From: Candidatus Atelocyanobacterium thalassae
GTDB taxonomy: Bacteria; Cyanobacteriota; Cyanobacteriia; Cyanobacteriales; Microcystaceae
Assembly: GCA_051971635.1 (NCBI GenBank)
Contig: JBFPLN010000001.1
Coordinates: forward strand, 96,001-160,000
DNA: 64,000 nt
Direction of reading: 5' to 3'
Shown here: one piece after another, positions 31,823 to 41,576 of the stretch
Numbering within the stretch: position 1 is the stretch's first letter
Layout: each line of letters opens with the position of its first letter
Notes under the pieces: model-generated
What the model saw: only the letters and a program-made list of their open reading frames with translations
Database searches by the model: none
Told to the model about the DNA's origin: nothing
Made by a program: the position numbers and the translations under genes

Positions 31823-32083
31823 CTACTTATATTTCAGTTTCATGACTAAAATAGGAAAAGCTAAAATGAATGTAGCAATATTAGTCATGATAATTGGAAT
31901 ATCTTTTTGCAATACACCATAGGTAATCCAGAGGAGTAGTCCGCAACAAAACAGTAGAAACATAGCTAAAGAAATATCTTTGGTTACGCGAGTTTTCCAA
32001 GTTTTTACCAATTGAGGATAAAAAGAAATAGTTGTTAACGAGCCCGCGCATATACCGATCCAAGTAAAAGCATCAGCGTCCAT
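31823..32083 (-). CDS. SemiSWEET sugar transporter (PQ-loop, 3 TM)
   Basis: IG..AGSLTTISFYPQLVKTWKT..TKDISL.MF, LW..YG, PII.TN. Confidence 0.92.
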   Translation of the reverse strand: MDADAFTWIGICAGSLTTISFYPQLVKTWKTRVTKDISLAMFLLFCCGLLLWITYGVLQKDIPIIMTNIATFILAFPILVMKLKYK

Positions 32084-32435
32084 AAGTCAAAATAGATGGT
32101 TAATGAGTAGTTAACGATATGGTAATGACAATAATATAATTCATTAATTGCCATCCTCCATAATTAATTTGTAAGATGAGCTTAAGGCAATGAGTATCTA
32201 ATAATTATACCTTAACTCCACAGTATATTCTACTAACTATAAATAACTAAAATAGCTTATATCAAATTTAGAAATCATTATTCTAGAATAGAAGAATTTA
32301 ATAATCATCAGAAATACTAATAAATAACTTTAGAGAATTAATATCTAACAAAAAAAGAAGCTATATGGAACATTTTGAAGCACTAAGTTTAAAAAATTAA
32401 TACTTTTTGTGAAATAGAATCACTATAAATAATCT

Positions 32436-33476
32436 TCAACAAATTCTTGGTAATTGTTCTCCACTTAACATATCAACGATTCTAGTTGTTCCTATTTCAT
32501 TATTTAAGGTAACTAAACCTATATTTTGTTCAGTAACTTCACCAATAATACAAGAATTATTAGAGAAAGATGTCATGATTTCTAGCGCTTTATCTACATG
32601 ATTCTTAGGTATAAAAGCAATAAATTTACCTTCATTAGCAATATATAAAGGGTCAAAACCTAAAATCTCGCAAGCTCCTTTCACATCTTCCATTATAGGA
32701 ATTGCCTTCTCTATTATGTTTATCCTCATTTTTGCACTGCTAGCAATCTCATTTAAGCTACTAGCCAAACCACCTCTCGTTAAATCTCTTAAGCAATGAA
32801 TTTTTACTCCTTGTTTTATCATCTCTAAGACTACTTGGTGAAGAGGTTGGCAATCACTTTTAATTGTTGTTTCTAATTTTAGTCCTTCCCTTGTGGCCAT
32901 TACGGAAATACCATGACGACCTATATCTCCATTTATTAGGATCTTATCTCCTACTTGAACCGACTCAGGGGCAATAAATTGATCATGTTCTACAACTCCT
33001 ATCCCCGAACTATTGATAAAAATTCCATCTCCCTTCCCCTTATCTACAACTTTAGTATCTCCTGTAATAACTTGTATGTCTGCTGTTTTTGCTGCTTTTT
33101 GTAATGATTGAATAATATCCCATAAGGCTTTCATTTCGAATCCTTCTTCTATAATAAAACCTAAGCTAATGTAAAGAGGACGAGCTCCACTCATCGCAAG
33201 ATCGTTTACTGTTCCGTTAATAGCTAAACTTCCGATATCTCCACCAGGAAAAAATAAAGGATTTACAACATAAGAGTCAGTTGTAAATGCAATTTTATTA
33301 TTAGGGATATTGACTACAGAAGAATCATGAGGTGAAAGATCTTTATTCATTTGAAAAACTGAAAATATCATTTTTTCAAGTAATTGCTGCATAAGCTTTC
33401 CCCCTCCTCCATGAGCTAATAAAACTTGAGGATATTGTTCAAGGGGAATAGGACATGTTGTTTGAAAATTAATCAT
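32436..33476 (-). CDS. hypE: [NiFe]-hydrogenase maturation protein HypE
   Basis: [39 protein letters not shown]-terminal PRIC. Confidence 0.96.
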   Translation of the reverse strand: MINFQTTCPIPLEQYPQVLLAHGGGGKLMQQLLEKMIFSVFQMNKDLSPHDSSVVNIPNNKIAFTTDSYVVNPLFFPGGDIGSLAINGTVNDLAMSGARPLYISLGFIIEEGFEMKALWDIIQSLQKAAKTADIQVITGDTKVVDKGKGDGIFINSSGIGVVEHDQFIAPESVQVGDKILINGDIGRHGISVMATREGLKLETTIKSDCQPLHQVVLEMIKQGVKIHCLRDLTRGGLASSLNEIASSAKMRINIIEKAIPIMEDVKGACEILGFDPLYIANEGKFIAFIPKNHVDKALEIMTSFSNNSCIIGEVTEQNIGLVTLNNEIGTTRIVDMLSGEQLPRIC

Positions 33477-33796
33477 ATATTTGAAAAATATTATTTCTTA
33501 TAATCCTATGATAAGTACTATCATAAAATTTGTATCTTTAATTTTTTAATTAAATGACAATATATAAATGTTTAAAATTCTATATATTATCTTGTTAAGT
33601 AAAAAATTATAATTACAAAAAAAATATTCACTTATTACATAATTTACGGACTTTTAGTCTAGTATATTTTTTCTTATTTCTTCGCTGAGGAGAGATACTG
33701 TCTATTAGGATTAACTAATATTATTTTTATGTATACAACATAGTACTTACAAATAATAAGTGGTAATTAGTACATGCTTATCTTAGTAAATACGAG

Positions 33797-34450
33797 TTAT
33801 CTTTCTTCAAAAATAGCTTTTCCTAAACGTATCATGGTTGTCTTCTTTTGTATCGCCAATAAATAATCATTAGACATTCCCATAGATAGATTTTTTAAAA
33901 ATAATGAAGATTTTTCTGTAATATCTTGAGCCAGTTCCTGTACTTTCTGGAAAGCATATAAAGATTCACTATCTGAAAAATTGAGTGGTAAAATTGTCAT
34001 TAATCCATCAATTGTAAGATTCTCGCATCTTTCTAATTCGGACAAATCTTTCCAAAGCTGTTCTGGCGACCATCCGTATTTATTAGGATCTGGTACGATT
34101 TTCACCTGTAAGAAAATATGAGGTGAAACAGAAATATCATTGGTAATTTTATTTAGGTGCTGTGCTAACTTCAGACTATCAACAGAATGAATCCAAGCAA
34201 AATTTTTTAGTACTTTTTTAGCTTTATTTGCTTGTAAATGGCCAATAAAATGCCAAGATATATCATTATATTCTTTCAACTCTTCCTGCTTTTCTAAAGC
34301 TTCTTGAAGACGATTTTCAGCAAAATCACGAATTCCAAAACCATATGCTTCTTTCATTTTTTCGACTGATTGTTGTTTACTAACAACAACTAGGCGAACT
34401 GAAGATGGTAATTGAGATTTGATTTCAGCAATATTTTCACTAATTTTCAA
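33797..34450 (-). CDS. yggS: PLP homeostasis protein YggS/PipY
   Basis: LVVVSK, FAENRLQE, WHFIGHLQANK, IHSVDS, LSMGMSNDY. Confidence 0.93.
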   Translation of the reverse strand: MKISENIAEIKSQLPSSVRLVVVSKQQSVEKMKEAYGFGIRDFAENRLQEALEKQEELKEYNDISWHFIGHLQANKAKKVLKNFAWIHSVDSLKLAQHLNKITNDISVSPHIFLQVKIVPDPNKYGWSPEQLWKDLSELERCENLTIDGLMTILPLNFSDSESLYAFQKVQELAQDITEKSSLFLKNLSMGMSNDYLLAIQKKTTMIRLGKAIFEER

Positions 34451-34659
34451 AACAATTTTTTTAAATATACGATTAAAATTTACTATAATTTCTGATAAGA
34501 TTTTATTGTAACTGATTAATTAGTACAAAATATAATTATTAGTTATTTCTTCTACTCAAAAACGTTCTATTTAAATAATAGAAATAATTTTATTATTTAC
34601 ACATAGTTAATTATATTTTAGCTTTAAAAAATAAAAATAATTTAAAAGGATCTGCAATA

Positions 34660-35604
34660 ATGAAGGAAATAACTTACAGTCCTTCTCATACGATTGTCAT
34701 AACTTATGAATGCTTCAATTATTGTACATATTGTAATTTTAGAGTTCATTCAAAACTAGACAATTGGCTAAGATTAAGCGAAGTCGAAATTTTTTTAGAA
34801 AAAATACAAACTGAGTCTGTTAGTGAAATTTTAATTCTTAGCGGGGAAATTCATCCTCGCTCTCCAGAAAGAAAAATTTGGTTGCAAAGTATATACAATT
34901 TATGTGAACTAGCGTTGTCTATGAATTTTTTGCCTCATGTAAATGTTGGACTCCTAACTTATACAGAAATGAAAATTCTACAAACAGTCAGCATTTCAAT
35001 GGGTTTAATGGTTGAGCAATCTACCCCTATGTTGTTAAGTACTGTTCATTATGACGCACCTAGTAAGATTCCAAACTTAAGATTGCAACATTTAAATTGG
35101 GCAGGAAGACTAAAAATTCCTTTTACGACAGGAGTGCTGTTAGATATTGGAGAAAAAAAAGAAAATTCTTGGGATACTTTGAAAGAAATCGCTTCAATTC
35201 ATCAAAATTGGAATCATATACAAGAAGTTATATTACAACCGTATAGTTCTCAAACAGTACAAAAATCATATAAATTAATTTTTGATCAATATCAATTTAT
35301 TAAATTTATTAATAAAGCTAGAAGTATTTTACCAGACTCTATTAAGTTGCAACTTCCTCCAAACTTAATTCAAGATTCTAATTATCTATTACGCTGTCTT
35401 AAAGCAGGTATTCAGGATTTTGGTGGAATTAGTCCTAAGGATGAAATAAATCCTAATTATTTTCATTTTTCAAAGGAAAAGCTATCTAGAATGTTAAAAC
35501 CTGGAAGGTGGAGACTAACAGTACGGCTACCTATCTACCCCAAATATTACGAATATCTACCTCAATCCCTGCGAACAGTCGTAAATTTTTGGCAAAGGAA
35601 TTAA
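34660..35604 (+). CDS. cofG: FO synthase subunit CofG (radical SAM)
   Basis: ITYSPS.T...TYECFNYCTYCNF, APSK.P..RL, IPFTTG, HIQEVILQP, PPNL, D.GGISP.DE.NP. Confidence 0.88.
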   Translation: MKEITYSPSHTIVITYECFNYCTYCNFRVHSKLDNWLRLSEVEIFLEKIQTESVSEILILSGEIHPRSPERKIWLQSIYNLCELALSMNFLPHVNVGLLTYTEMKILQTVSISMGLMVEQSTPMLLSTVHYDAPSKIPNLRLQHLNWAGRLKIPFTTGVLLDIGEKKENSWDTLKEIASIHQNWNHIQEVILQPYSSQTVQKSYKLIFDQYQFIKFINKARSILPDSIKLQLPPNLIQDSNYLLRCLKAGIQDFGGISPKDEINPNYFHFSKEKLSRMLKPGRWRLTVRLPIYPKYYEYLPQSLRTVVNFWQRN

Positions 35605-35878
35605 ACATCTACCTACCTAAAGATAATTTTTTCATATCTGCCTACTCCAACAATTATACCATTTAAATCATAGTTTACATCTTATTAAACTATTGAAGGG
35701 TTTCTAGACTCATTCAATAAGATAATTAGATGTAATTTTTTATCTAGTTCTTTTTGGGAACTTTATTTACAAATTTTGTGACTATTCCTTATATAACGTT
35801 TTTATGGATTGACAGCTTTCTAGTAATCTATGAGATTATCTTTATTTGTATATATAGGGTAGCTTTAAGTTAGATAAT

Positions 35879-36172
35879 ATGAAAAATAAACAAAAATTCA
35901 TAATATATGTACCCTCTGAGATTCATAAACTACCTAAAATTAGCGCGTTTACTGAAGAAGAGTCTACGCCTTTTATAGTTGAAAAATCAGTAGATACCTA
36001 CCTTAAGCACTCTAGTGAAATTAAAGAGCTAGAAAATCTGAATTACAGGAAAAGTCACCAAGTATATTTTTGTCCAGAATGTGAGACTACTGTTGTAATA
36101 AATGATAAGCAAATTCTTTCTTTAAAAAACCAATCTGACGTTATCAAAGAAAATGTTTCTTTTCATATTTAG
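35879..36172 (+). CDS. Small protein leading the ycf46 operon (ribbon-helix-helix-like N-terminus, CPEC motif)
   Basis: KQKFIIYVP.E.H, HQVYFCPEC; position matches the first gene of the Synechocystis slr0373-slr0374-slr0376-type operon. Confidence 0.65.
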   Translation: MKNKQKFIIYVPSEIHKLPKISAFTEEESTPFIVEKSVDTYLKHSSEIKELENLNYRKSHQVYFCPECETTVVINDKQILSLKNQSDVIKENVSFHI

Positions 36173-36265
36173 AATAGAGAAATTCTTATTCAAATATCTT
36201 AGATAAGGAAACATTTGTTTTTTATTAATTGATATTATTAATCACTATTATCTTTAATTAATTCT

Positions 36266-37777
36266 ATGAAAGAAGAGCTTAAATTATTAATCGAAGCTCA
36301 ATATCCCTTGATATACCTAGTAACATCAGAGGAGCAAAGAGCTGAGCAAACTATTGATAAAATTATTAAAGATCTTGAAGAACCTCGACATATTTTTTCA
36401 TGGACCGTTACTAATGGAATGAAGGAATATGGTCAACCCAATAACAAAACGCAACATAATACTATTCATGCTGAATCTGCTATTGATTGGGTGAATAGAA
36501 AGAGTGAACCGGGAATTTTTATTTTTAAAGATTTACATCCTTTCATTTCTGATGCAAGTGTCGTTCGTTCTTTACGCGATTCAATAGTAAGCCTAAAAGG
36601 GTATAGGAAGTCTATCATCATAATCTCTCCTGTACAACAAATTCCAATAGAATTAGAAAAAGATATAGTTGTTCTAGATTTCAATTTTCCAAACTTAAAA
36701 GATCTTGATCAAGTTTTATCAAAGCAATTAAATCAAATTAGAACTAGTAGTGAAATTAGCACTAGCTCTCGTGAAAAGCTGCTTCACGCAGCATTAGGTC
36801 TAACAAAAGATGAAGCTGAAAAAGTTTATCGAAAAGCCTTTGTCAAAGCTGGTAAATTAACAGAAGCAGAAGTTAATATTATCTTGTCTGAAAAAAAACA
36901 ACAAATTCGTCGTAACGGAATTTTAGAATATATTGAGCAAGATGAAACTATCGGTGCTGTTGGCGGCTTAGAGGAACTTAAAAAATGGCTAACACAACGT
37001 TCGGATGCATTTACTGAAAGAGCTAGAGAATATGGATTACCTCAGCCAAAAGGAATGTTAATACTAGGAGTTCCAGGATGTGGAAAATCTTTGATCGCTA
37101 AAACCACTTCTCAATTGTGGGGATTACCTTTACTTCGATTAGATTTAGGACGCGTTTATGATTCTGCTGTGGGACGTTCTGAAGCTAATTTAAGAGATGC
37201 ATTAAAAACTGCAGAATCTATTTCTCCAGCTATACTTTTTATCGATGAACTCGATAAAGCTTTTGCAGGAAATAGTGGCTCATCTGAATCTGATGGTGGA
37301 ACTTCTAGTCGTATTTTTGGTTCTTTTTTAACATGGATGCAAGAGAAAACTTCACCTGTATTCGTCATGGCTACAGCTAATCGTGTAGAACGTTTGCCAG
37401 GAGAATTTTTACGTAAAGGAAGATTTGATGAGCTTTTTTTCGTAGATTTACCAAGTTTTGAGGAACGTAAAGCTATTTTTAATATACATTTGAGTAAACG
37501 TCGTTCAGATATTTCTCATTTTGACATTGAACAGCTGGTTACGATTTCTGATGGATTCTCTGGCGCGGAAATTGAGCAAGCCATTATTGCAGCTATGTAT
37601 GAAGCCTTTGCCGAAGATAGAGATTTCTTGCAGCTTGATATTGTTGCTGCAATTAAATCTACCTTACCATTGTCTCGGACTATGGCGGAGCAAGTAACAG
37701 CTCTTCGTGATTGGGCAAGGCAAAGAGCTCGACCGGCGTCAACTTCAATCGCTGAATATCAGCGGCTAGAGTTCTAA
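36266..37777 (+). CDS. ycf46: Ycf46-family AAA+ ATPase
   Basis: AQYPLIYLVTSEE, Walker A GVPGCGKS, Walker B LFIDELDK, FLRKGRFDE, EYQRLEF. Confidence 0.92.
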   Translation: MKEELKLLIEAQYPLIYLVTSEEQRAEQTIDKIIKDLEEPRHIFSWTVTNGMKEYGQPNNKTQHNTIHAESAIDWVNRKSEPGIFIFKDLHPFISDASVVRSLRDSIVSLKGYRKSIIIISPVQQIPIELEKDIVVLDFNFPNLKDLDQVLSKQLNQIRTSSEISTSSREKLLHAALGLTKDEAEKVYRKAFVKAGKLTEAEVNIILSEKKQQIRRNGILEYIEQDETIGAVGGLEELKKWLTQRSDAFTERAREYGLPQPKGMLILGVPGCGKSLIAKTTSQLWGLPLLRLDLGRVYDSAVGRSEANLRDALKTAESISPAILFIDELDKAFAGNSGSSESDGGTSSRIFGSFLTWMQEKTSPVFVMATANRVERLPGEFLRKGRFDELFFVDLPSFEERKAIFNIHLSKRRSDISHFDIEQLVTISDGFSGAEIEQAIIAAMYEAFAEDRDFLQLDIVAAIKSTLPLSRTMAEQVTALRDWARQRARPASTSIAEYQRLEF

Positions 37778-37910
37778 AAGCTTTCGTCTGTTTTTTTAAC
37801 AGTCGCTAAGGCTAGCCAAAAGCTAGCAGTATACTAAAAATTGTTTGTTTAAAACAATTTGTTTAAATTTTAAGTTATTATTAATTTTTGTTCCAACGGA
37901 GGAAATGAGA

Positions 37911-38264
37911 ATGTCACACTTCAGTACCTTACGCACTAAAATTACAGATGCTGAAATCTTGAAAACTTCATTACAAGATTTAGGAATTGCTGTAAAGATT
38001 GATTCTAATGTTAGAGGCCATAATGGACAGTATATTCATTCTGATATTGTTGCCGTTTTGGAAGGAGAATATGATCTTGGGTGGTCTCTTAATAGTGATG
38101 GCAGTTACGATCTAGTAGCTGATCTTTGGGGTGTTGCCAAGAAACATAACCAAACTGAACTTATTAATTCTATTAATCAAAAATATGCCATTAATAAAAC
38201 ATTAATGGAAGTCAAACAACGTAATTTAGGTAAGGTGAACATTAATTTAGTACTTCATAATTAG
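37911..38264 (+). CDS. ycf35: Ycf35/DUF1257 protein; true start MSHFS at 37911
   Basis: MSHFSTLRTKI, LEGEYDLGW, DL.ADLWG, INQKYA; GGAGG SD at 37898. Confidence 0.88.
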   Translation: MSHFSTLRTKITDAEILKTSLQDLGIAVKIDSNVRGHNGQYIHSDIVAVLEGEYDLGWSLNSDGSYDLVADLWGVAKKHNQTELINSINQKYAINKTLMEVKQRNLGKVNINLVLHN

Positions 38265-38371
38265 TCATTCATTAAATATCTAGTAACCTAAGTAATATTT
38301 TATTTCTTATCTTTCTGATGAAACGATTACTAGACTTATTTAGCAAAACATATAAGGTACTCATTATGTAG

Positions 38372-38435
38372 TTATGCATAAAATAATAAACATTTCTATA
38401 ATTAACTATAGAAATGTTTATTATTTTATGCATAA
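38372..38435. repeat. Perfect 29-bp inverted repeat, 6-nt loop
   Basis: TTATGCATAAAATAATAAACATTTCTATA-ATTAAC-TATAGAAATGTTTATTATTTTATGCATAA. Confidence 0.92.
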
Positions 38436-38611
38436 AAATTCTGATAAATTATGGTATGTGAGATAGATAATATAGAAACAATAGCTATTTTAATTGAGCA
38501 ACTTACATAGCAATGCTTAATAAACAATTAATACATCAGAGAATGATTAATTTAGTTATATTTTTATTTTTTTTCTACATATTGATGGTTATATGTTATT
38601 CTCAGGTAATT

Positions 38612-39079
38612 ATGGAAAATCAAGATAAAGCCATTAAAGTTATTAGTAATAATCGTAAAGCTTTTTTCCTTTACGAGATTTTAGAGAAATATGAAGCTGG
38701 AATTGAATTAGTCGGAACAGAAGTAAAGTCTATTCGTGCAGGGAAAGTCAATATAACTGATGGTTATGCGTTTATCAAAAATACTGAGGTTTGGCTAAGT
38801 AATGTTCACATATCTCCTTATATAGCTAGTAGTTTATATTTTAATCATGATCCTAGACGTATTCGTAAGCTATTAATGCGTCGTAAAGAGATCAATCAAC
38901 TTATCGGTAAAATTGAACAAAAAGGGTTAACCTTGGTACCTTTAAAGCTTTACTTTAAAGGTAGCTTGGTAAAAGTTAGCCTTGGTTTAGGGAAAGGGAA
39001 GAAATTACATGATAAGCGGGAAACAATTAAAAATCGTCAAGATCAAAGAGAAATATCTAGAATCGTTAAACAATACTAA
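38612..39079 (+). CDS. smpB: SsrA-binding protein SmpB; likely start ATG 38612
   Basis: NRKA, YEAGIELVGTEVKSIR, NHDPRR.RKLL, GKGKKLHDKRE. Confidence 0.96.
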   Translation: MENQDKAIKVISNNRKAFFLYEILEKYEAGIELVGTEVKSIRAGKVNITDGYAFIKNTEVWLSNVHISPYIASSLYFNHDPRRIRKLLMRRKEINQLIGKIEQKGLTLVPLKLYFKGSLVKVSLGLGKGKKLHDKRETIKNRQDQREISRIVKQY

Positions 39080-39322
39080 AGCATAATATTTATGTATTTT
39101 TTCTTGAACTTTATATTGAAATCCTAATGTTCTTTAAAATAAATAACATATTCTCAATTTTCAAAGCATAAAGTTATTATTACTAGATTATCTCTATACA
39201 GAATATGTACGGTGATCCACATCTATTGAGTGTAATAATCTCAGAATGAATATTCTTACAAAATCAGAGAGAATATAGTAATAATAACATCAACATGAAA
39301 CCACCATTCTAAAACAGAGCAT

Positions 39323-41296
39323 ATGACAGTACTTGAAAAAGGCAATATTAGTATTCACACCGAAAATATTTTTCCAATTATTAAAAAATCTCTATATACA
39401 GACCATGAAATTTTTCTACGAGAATTAATTTCTAATGCTGTGGATGCTTTATCAAAACTTAAAATGGCTTCTCTTGCTGGCGAAGTATCGTATGAAGTTT
39501 CTGAACCAGAAATTGTAATTACTATTGATAAAATAGATAAATCTCTTTCGATTACTGATAATGGAATCGGAATGAACGTAGATGAAATCAAACAATATAT
39601 AAATCAGGTAGCCTTTTCTAGTGCAGAAGAATTTGTTAAAAAGTATGAAAAAAATTCTAGTGAAATTATTGGGCATTTTGGACTAGGATTTTACTCAGCC
39701 TTTATGGTGTCTAAAAAAGTTGAAATTGATACTTTATCTTATAAAAAAGATGCAGAACCAATTCATTGGTCTTGTGATGGTTCTCCTTCATTTGAATTAA
39801 CTGAATCTAGTCGTACTAAAACAGGAACAACTGTTAAGTTAACTCTGATGGATGAAGAACATGAATATTTAGAACCTGAGAGAATTCGCCAGTTAGTTAA
39901 AAAATATTCAGATTTTGTTCCTATTCCAATTAAATTTGAAGATGCTGTTATTAATAAGCAAAAAGCTTTATGGAAAGAATCTGCTCAAAATCTTAAAGAT
40001 AGTGATTATTTAGAATTTTATCGTTATCTTTATCCTTATCAAGAAGATCCTTTACTATGGATACATCTAAGCACTGATTATCCCTATCTTTTAAATGGAA
40101 TTTTATATTTCCCAAAATTACGACCTGATGTAGATGTCTCGCAGGGTCATATTAAACTTTTTTGTAATCAAGTATTTGTTAGTGATCATTGCGAAGAAAT
40201 AATTCCAGATTTTTTAATGCCTCTTAGAGGCGTGATTGATAGTCCCGATATTCCGCTAAATGTTTCTAGAAGCGCACTGACTAATCATCGTACTGTTCGC
40301 AGTATTGCAAATCATATTGCCAAAAAAATTGCGGATCGACTTAAAGAAATTTATGAAAATAATCCAGAAGAATATATCAAATGTTGGCAAGATGTAGGAA
40401 CTTTTGTTAAATATGGTTCTCTCAAGGATGAAAAGTTCAAAAAACATATTGAAGATATTCTTGTTTACAAAACAACTTATACAGTTAATGAATCTGAGGC
40501 TCCACAAGTTCAAGTTGAAGAAGAGGATGATGCCTGGAAAGATGTTGCTGGTGAAAATAATGAGCTATCTTATGAAAAAATAGGATATACGACATTATCT
40601 GCTTATTTAAATCGAAATAAAAAGCTTCATGAAAATCGTATTTTTTATTGTACAGATCCTAATGTTCAAGCCACCCATATACAGTTATATAAAAATCAAG
40701 GCTTAGAAATCCTATATATGGATTCTTTTATTGATACTAATTATTTTATTCCTTTCTTAGAAAAAGAATATTCTGAAGTAAAGTTTTCTCGTGTAGATTC
40801 TGAATTGGATGATACCTTGCTTCAAAATGATAAAGTTAATGAAATTATAGATCCCAATTCTCAAAAAACTCGTAGCGATAAAATTAAAGAGTTATTTGAA
40901 ATGTCTTTAGATAATTCTAAAGTCAATATTAAAACACAATCATTAAAATCAGATCTTCCTCAAGATGCGCCTCCAGGAGTTATTTTATTGCCTGAGGCAG
41001 CAAGACGTCTTAAAGAAATGATGGCTGCATCTCAACAACAAATAATGGAATTCCCTGATGAACATATTCTTGTCGTTAACACGAACCATCCTTTAGTTGA
41101 AAATATCTTTCAGTTAAGTCAAGCAAATATCATTCAACTAGAAAATGAATCTCCTTCAGGCCAAATGGCTAAAATGCTGTGTCGCCATATTTATGATCTT
41201 GCACTGATTACACAAAAAGGAATTGATGGCGAAAATATGAAATCCTTTATGCAAAGGTCAAATGAATTACTTACTAATCTGACCAAATCGAAGTAA
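39323..41296 (+). CDS. htpG: Chaperone HtpG (Hsp90)
   Basis: EIFLRELISNAVDA, DNGIGM, IGHFGLGFYSAFMV, DSPDIPLNVSRS. Confidence 0.97.
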   Translation: MTVLEKGNISIHTENIFPIIKKSLYTDHEIFLRELISNAVDALSKLKMASLAGEVSYEVSEPEIVITIDKIDKSLSITDNGIGMNVDEIKQYINQVAFSSAEEFVKKYEKNSSEIIGHFGLGFYSAFMVSKKVEIDTLSYKKDAEPIHWSCDGSPSFELTESSRTKTGTTVKLTLMDEEHEYLEPERIRQLVKKYSDFVPIPIKFEDAVINKQKALWKESAQNLKDSDYLEFYRYLYPYQEDPLLWIHLSTDYPYLLNGILYFPKLRPDVDVSQGHIKLFCNQVFVSDHCEEIIPDFLMPLRGVIDSPDIPLNVSRSALTNHRTVRSIANHIAKKIADRLKEIYENNPEEYIKCWQDVGTFVKYGSLKDEKFKKHIEDILVYKTTYTVNESEAPQVQVEEEDDAWKDVAGENNELSYEKIGYTTLSAYLNRNKKLHENRIFYCTDPNVQATHIQLYKNQGLEILYMDSFIDTNYFIPFLEKEYSEVKFSRVDSELDDTLLQNDKVNEIIDPNSQKTRSDKIKELFEMSLDNSKVNIKTQSLKSDLPQDAPPGVILLPEAARRLKEMMAASQQQIMEFPDEHILVVNTNHPLVENIFQLSQANIIQLENESPSGQMAKMLCRHIYDLALITQKGIDGENMKSFMQRSNELLTNLTKSK

Positions 41297-41310
41297 CCAC
41301 TTTCATAAAA

Positions 41311-41341
41311 ATATGGGGGCTTATTTACCTAGCTCCCATAT
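41311..41341. terminator. Hairpin between convergent htpG and tRNA-Met
   Basis: ATATGGGGGCT...AGCTCCCATAT. Confidence 0.55.
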
Positions 41342-41385
41342 AGCATATACATATTAATGGTACTTAGAAAAATAGTATTGAAAGA

Positions 41386-41459
41386 TGGCTCAAGGGTGAT
41401 TTGAACACCCGACCTTGGGCTTATGAGTCCCCTGCTCTAACCAACTGAGCTACTGAGCC
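41386..41459 (-). tRNA. trnM: tRNA-Met (CAT), probably elongator
   Basis: Reverse complement GGCTCAGTAGCTCAGTTGGTTAGAGCAGGGGACTCATAAGCCCAAGGTCGGGTGTTCAAATCACCCTTGAGCCA; paired G1-C72 argues against initiator. Confidence 0.92.
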
Positions 41460-41576
41460 AATAACGTACAAATATAATATAACATAATAAGAGTGACGAT
41501 ATATCCAATTTTTTTTTTTTTTTGATTTTTTAATTAAAAATAATATCTTATCGTTTCAATAGAAGAAAAATAATAG

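Noticed and set aside
38513..38611. Hydrophobic N-terminal extension on SmpB (similar extensions on ycf35 and pepA)
   Set aside because: Chance open frame in AT-rich DNA; family-consistent starts lie downstream
41386..41459. Mismatches in the tRNA-Met anticodon stem as a sign of decay
   Set aside because: I recall similar weak pairing in cyanobacterial elongator tRNA-Met; the rest of the cloverleaf is intact
41509..41523. T15 homopolymer
   Set aside because: Intergenic, no coding consequence evident
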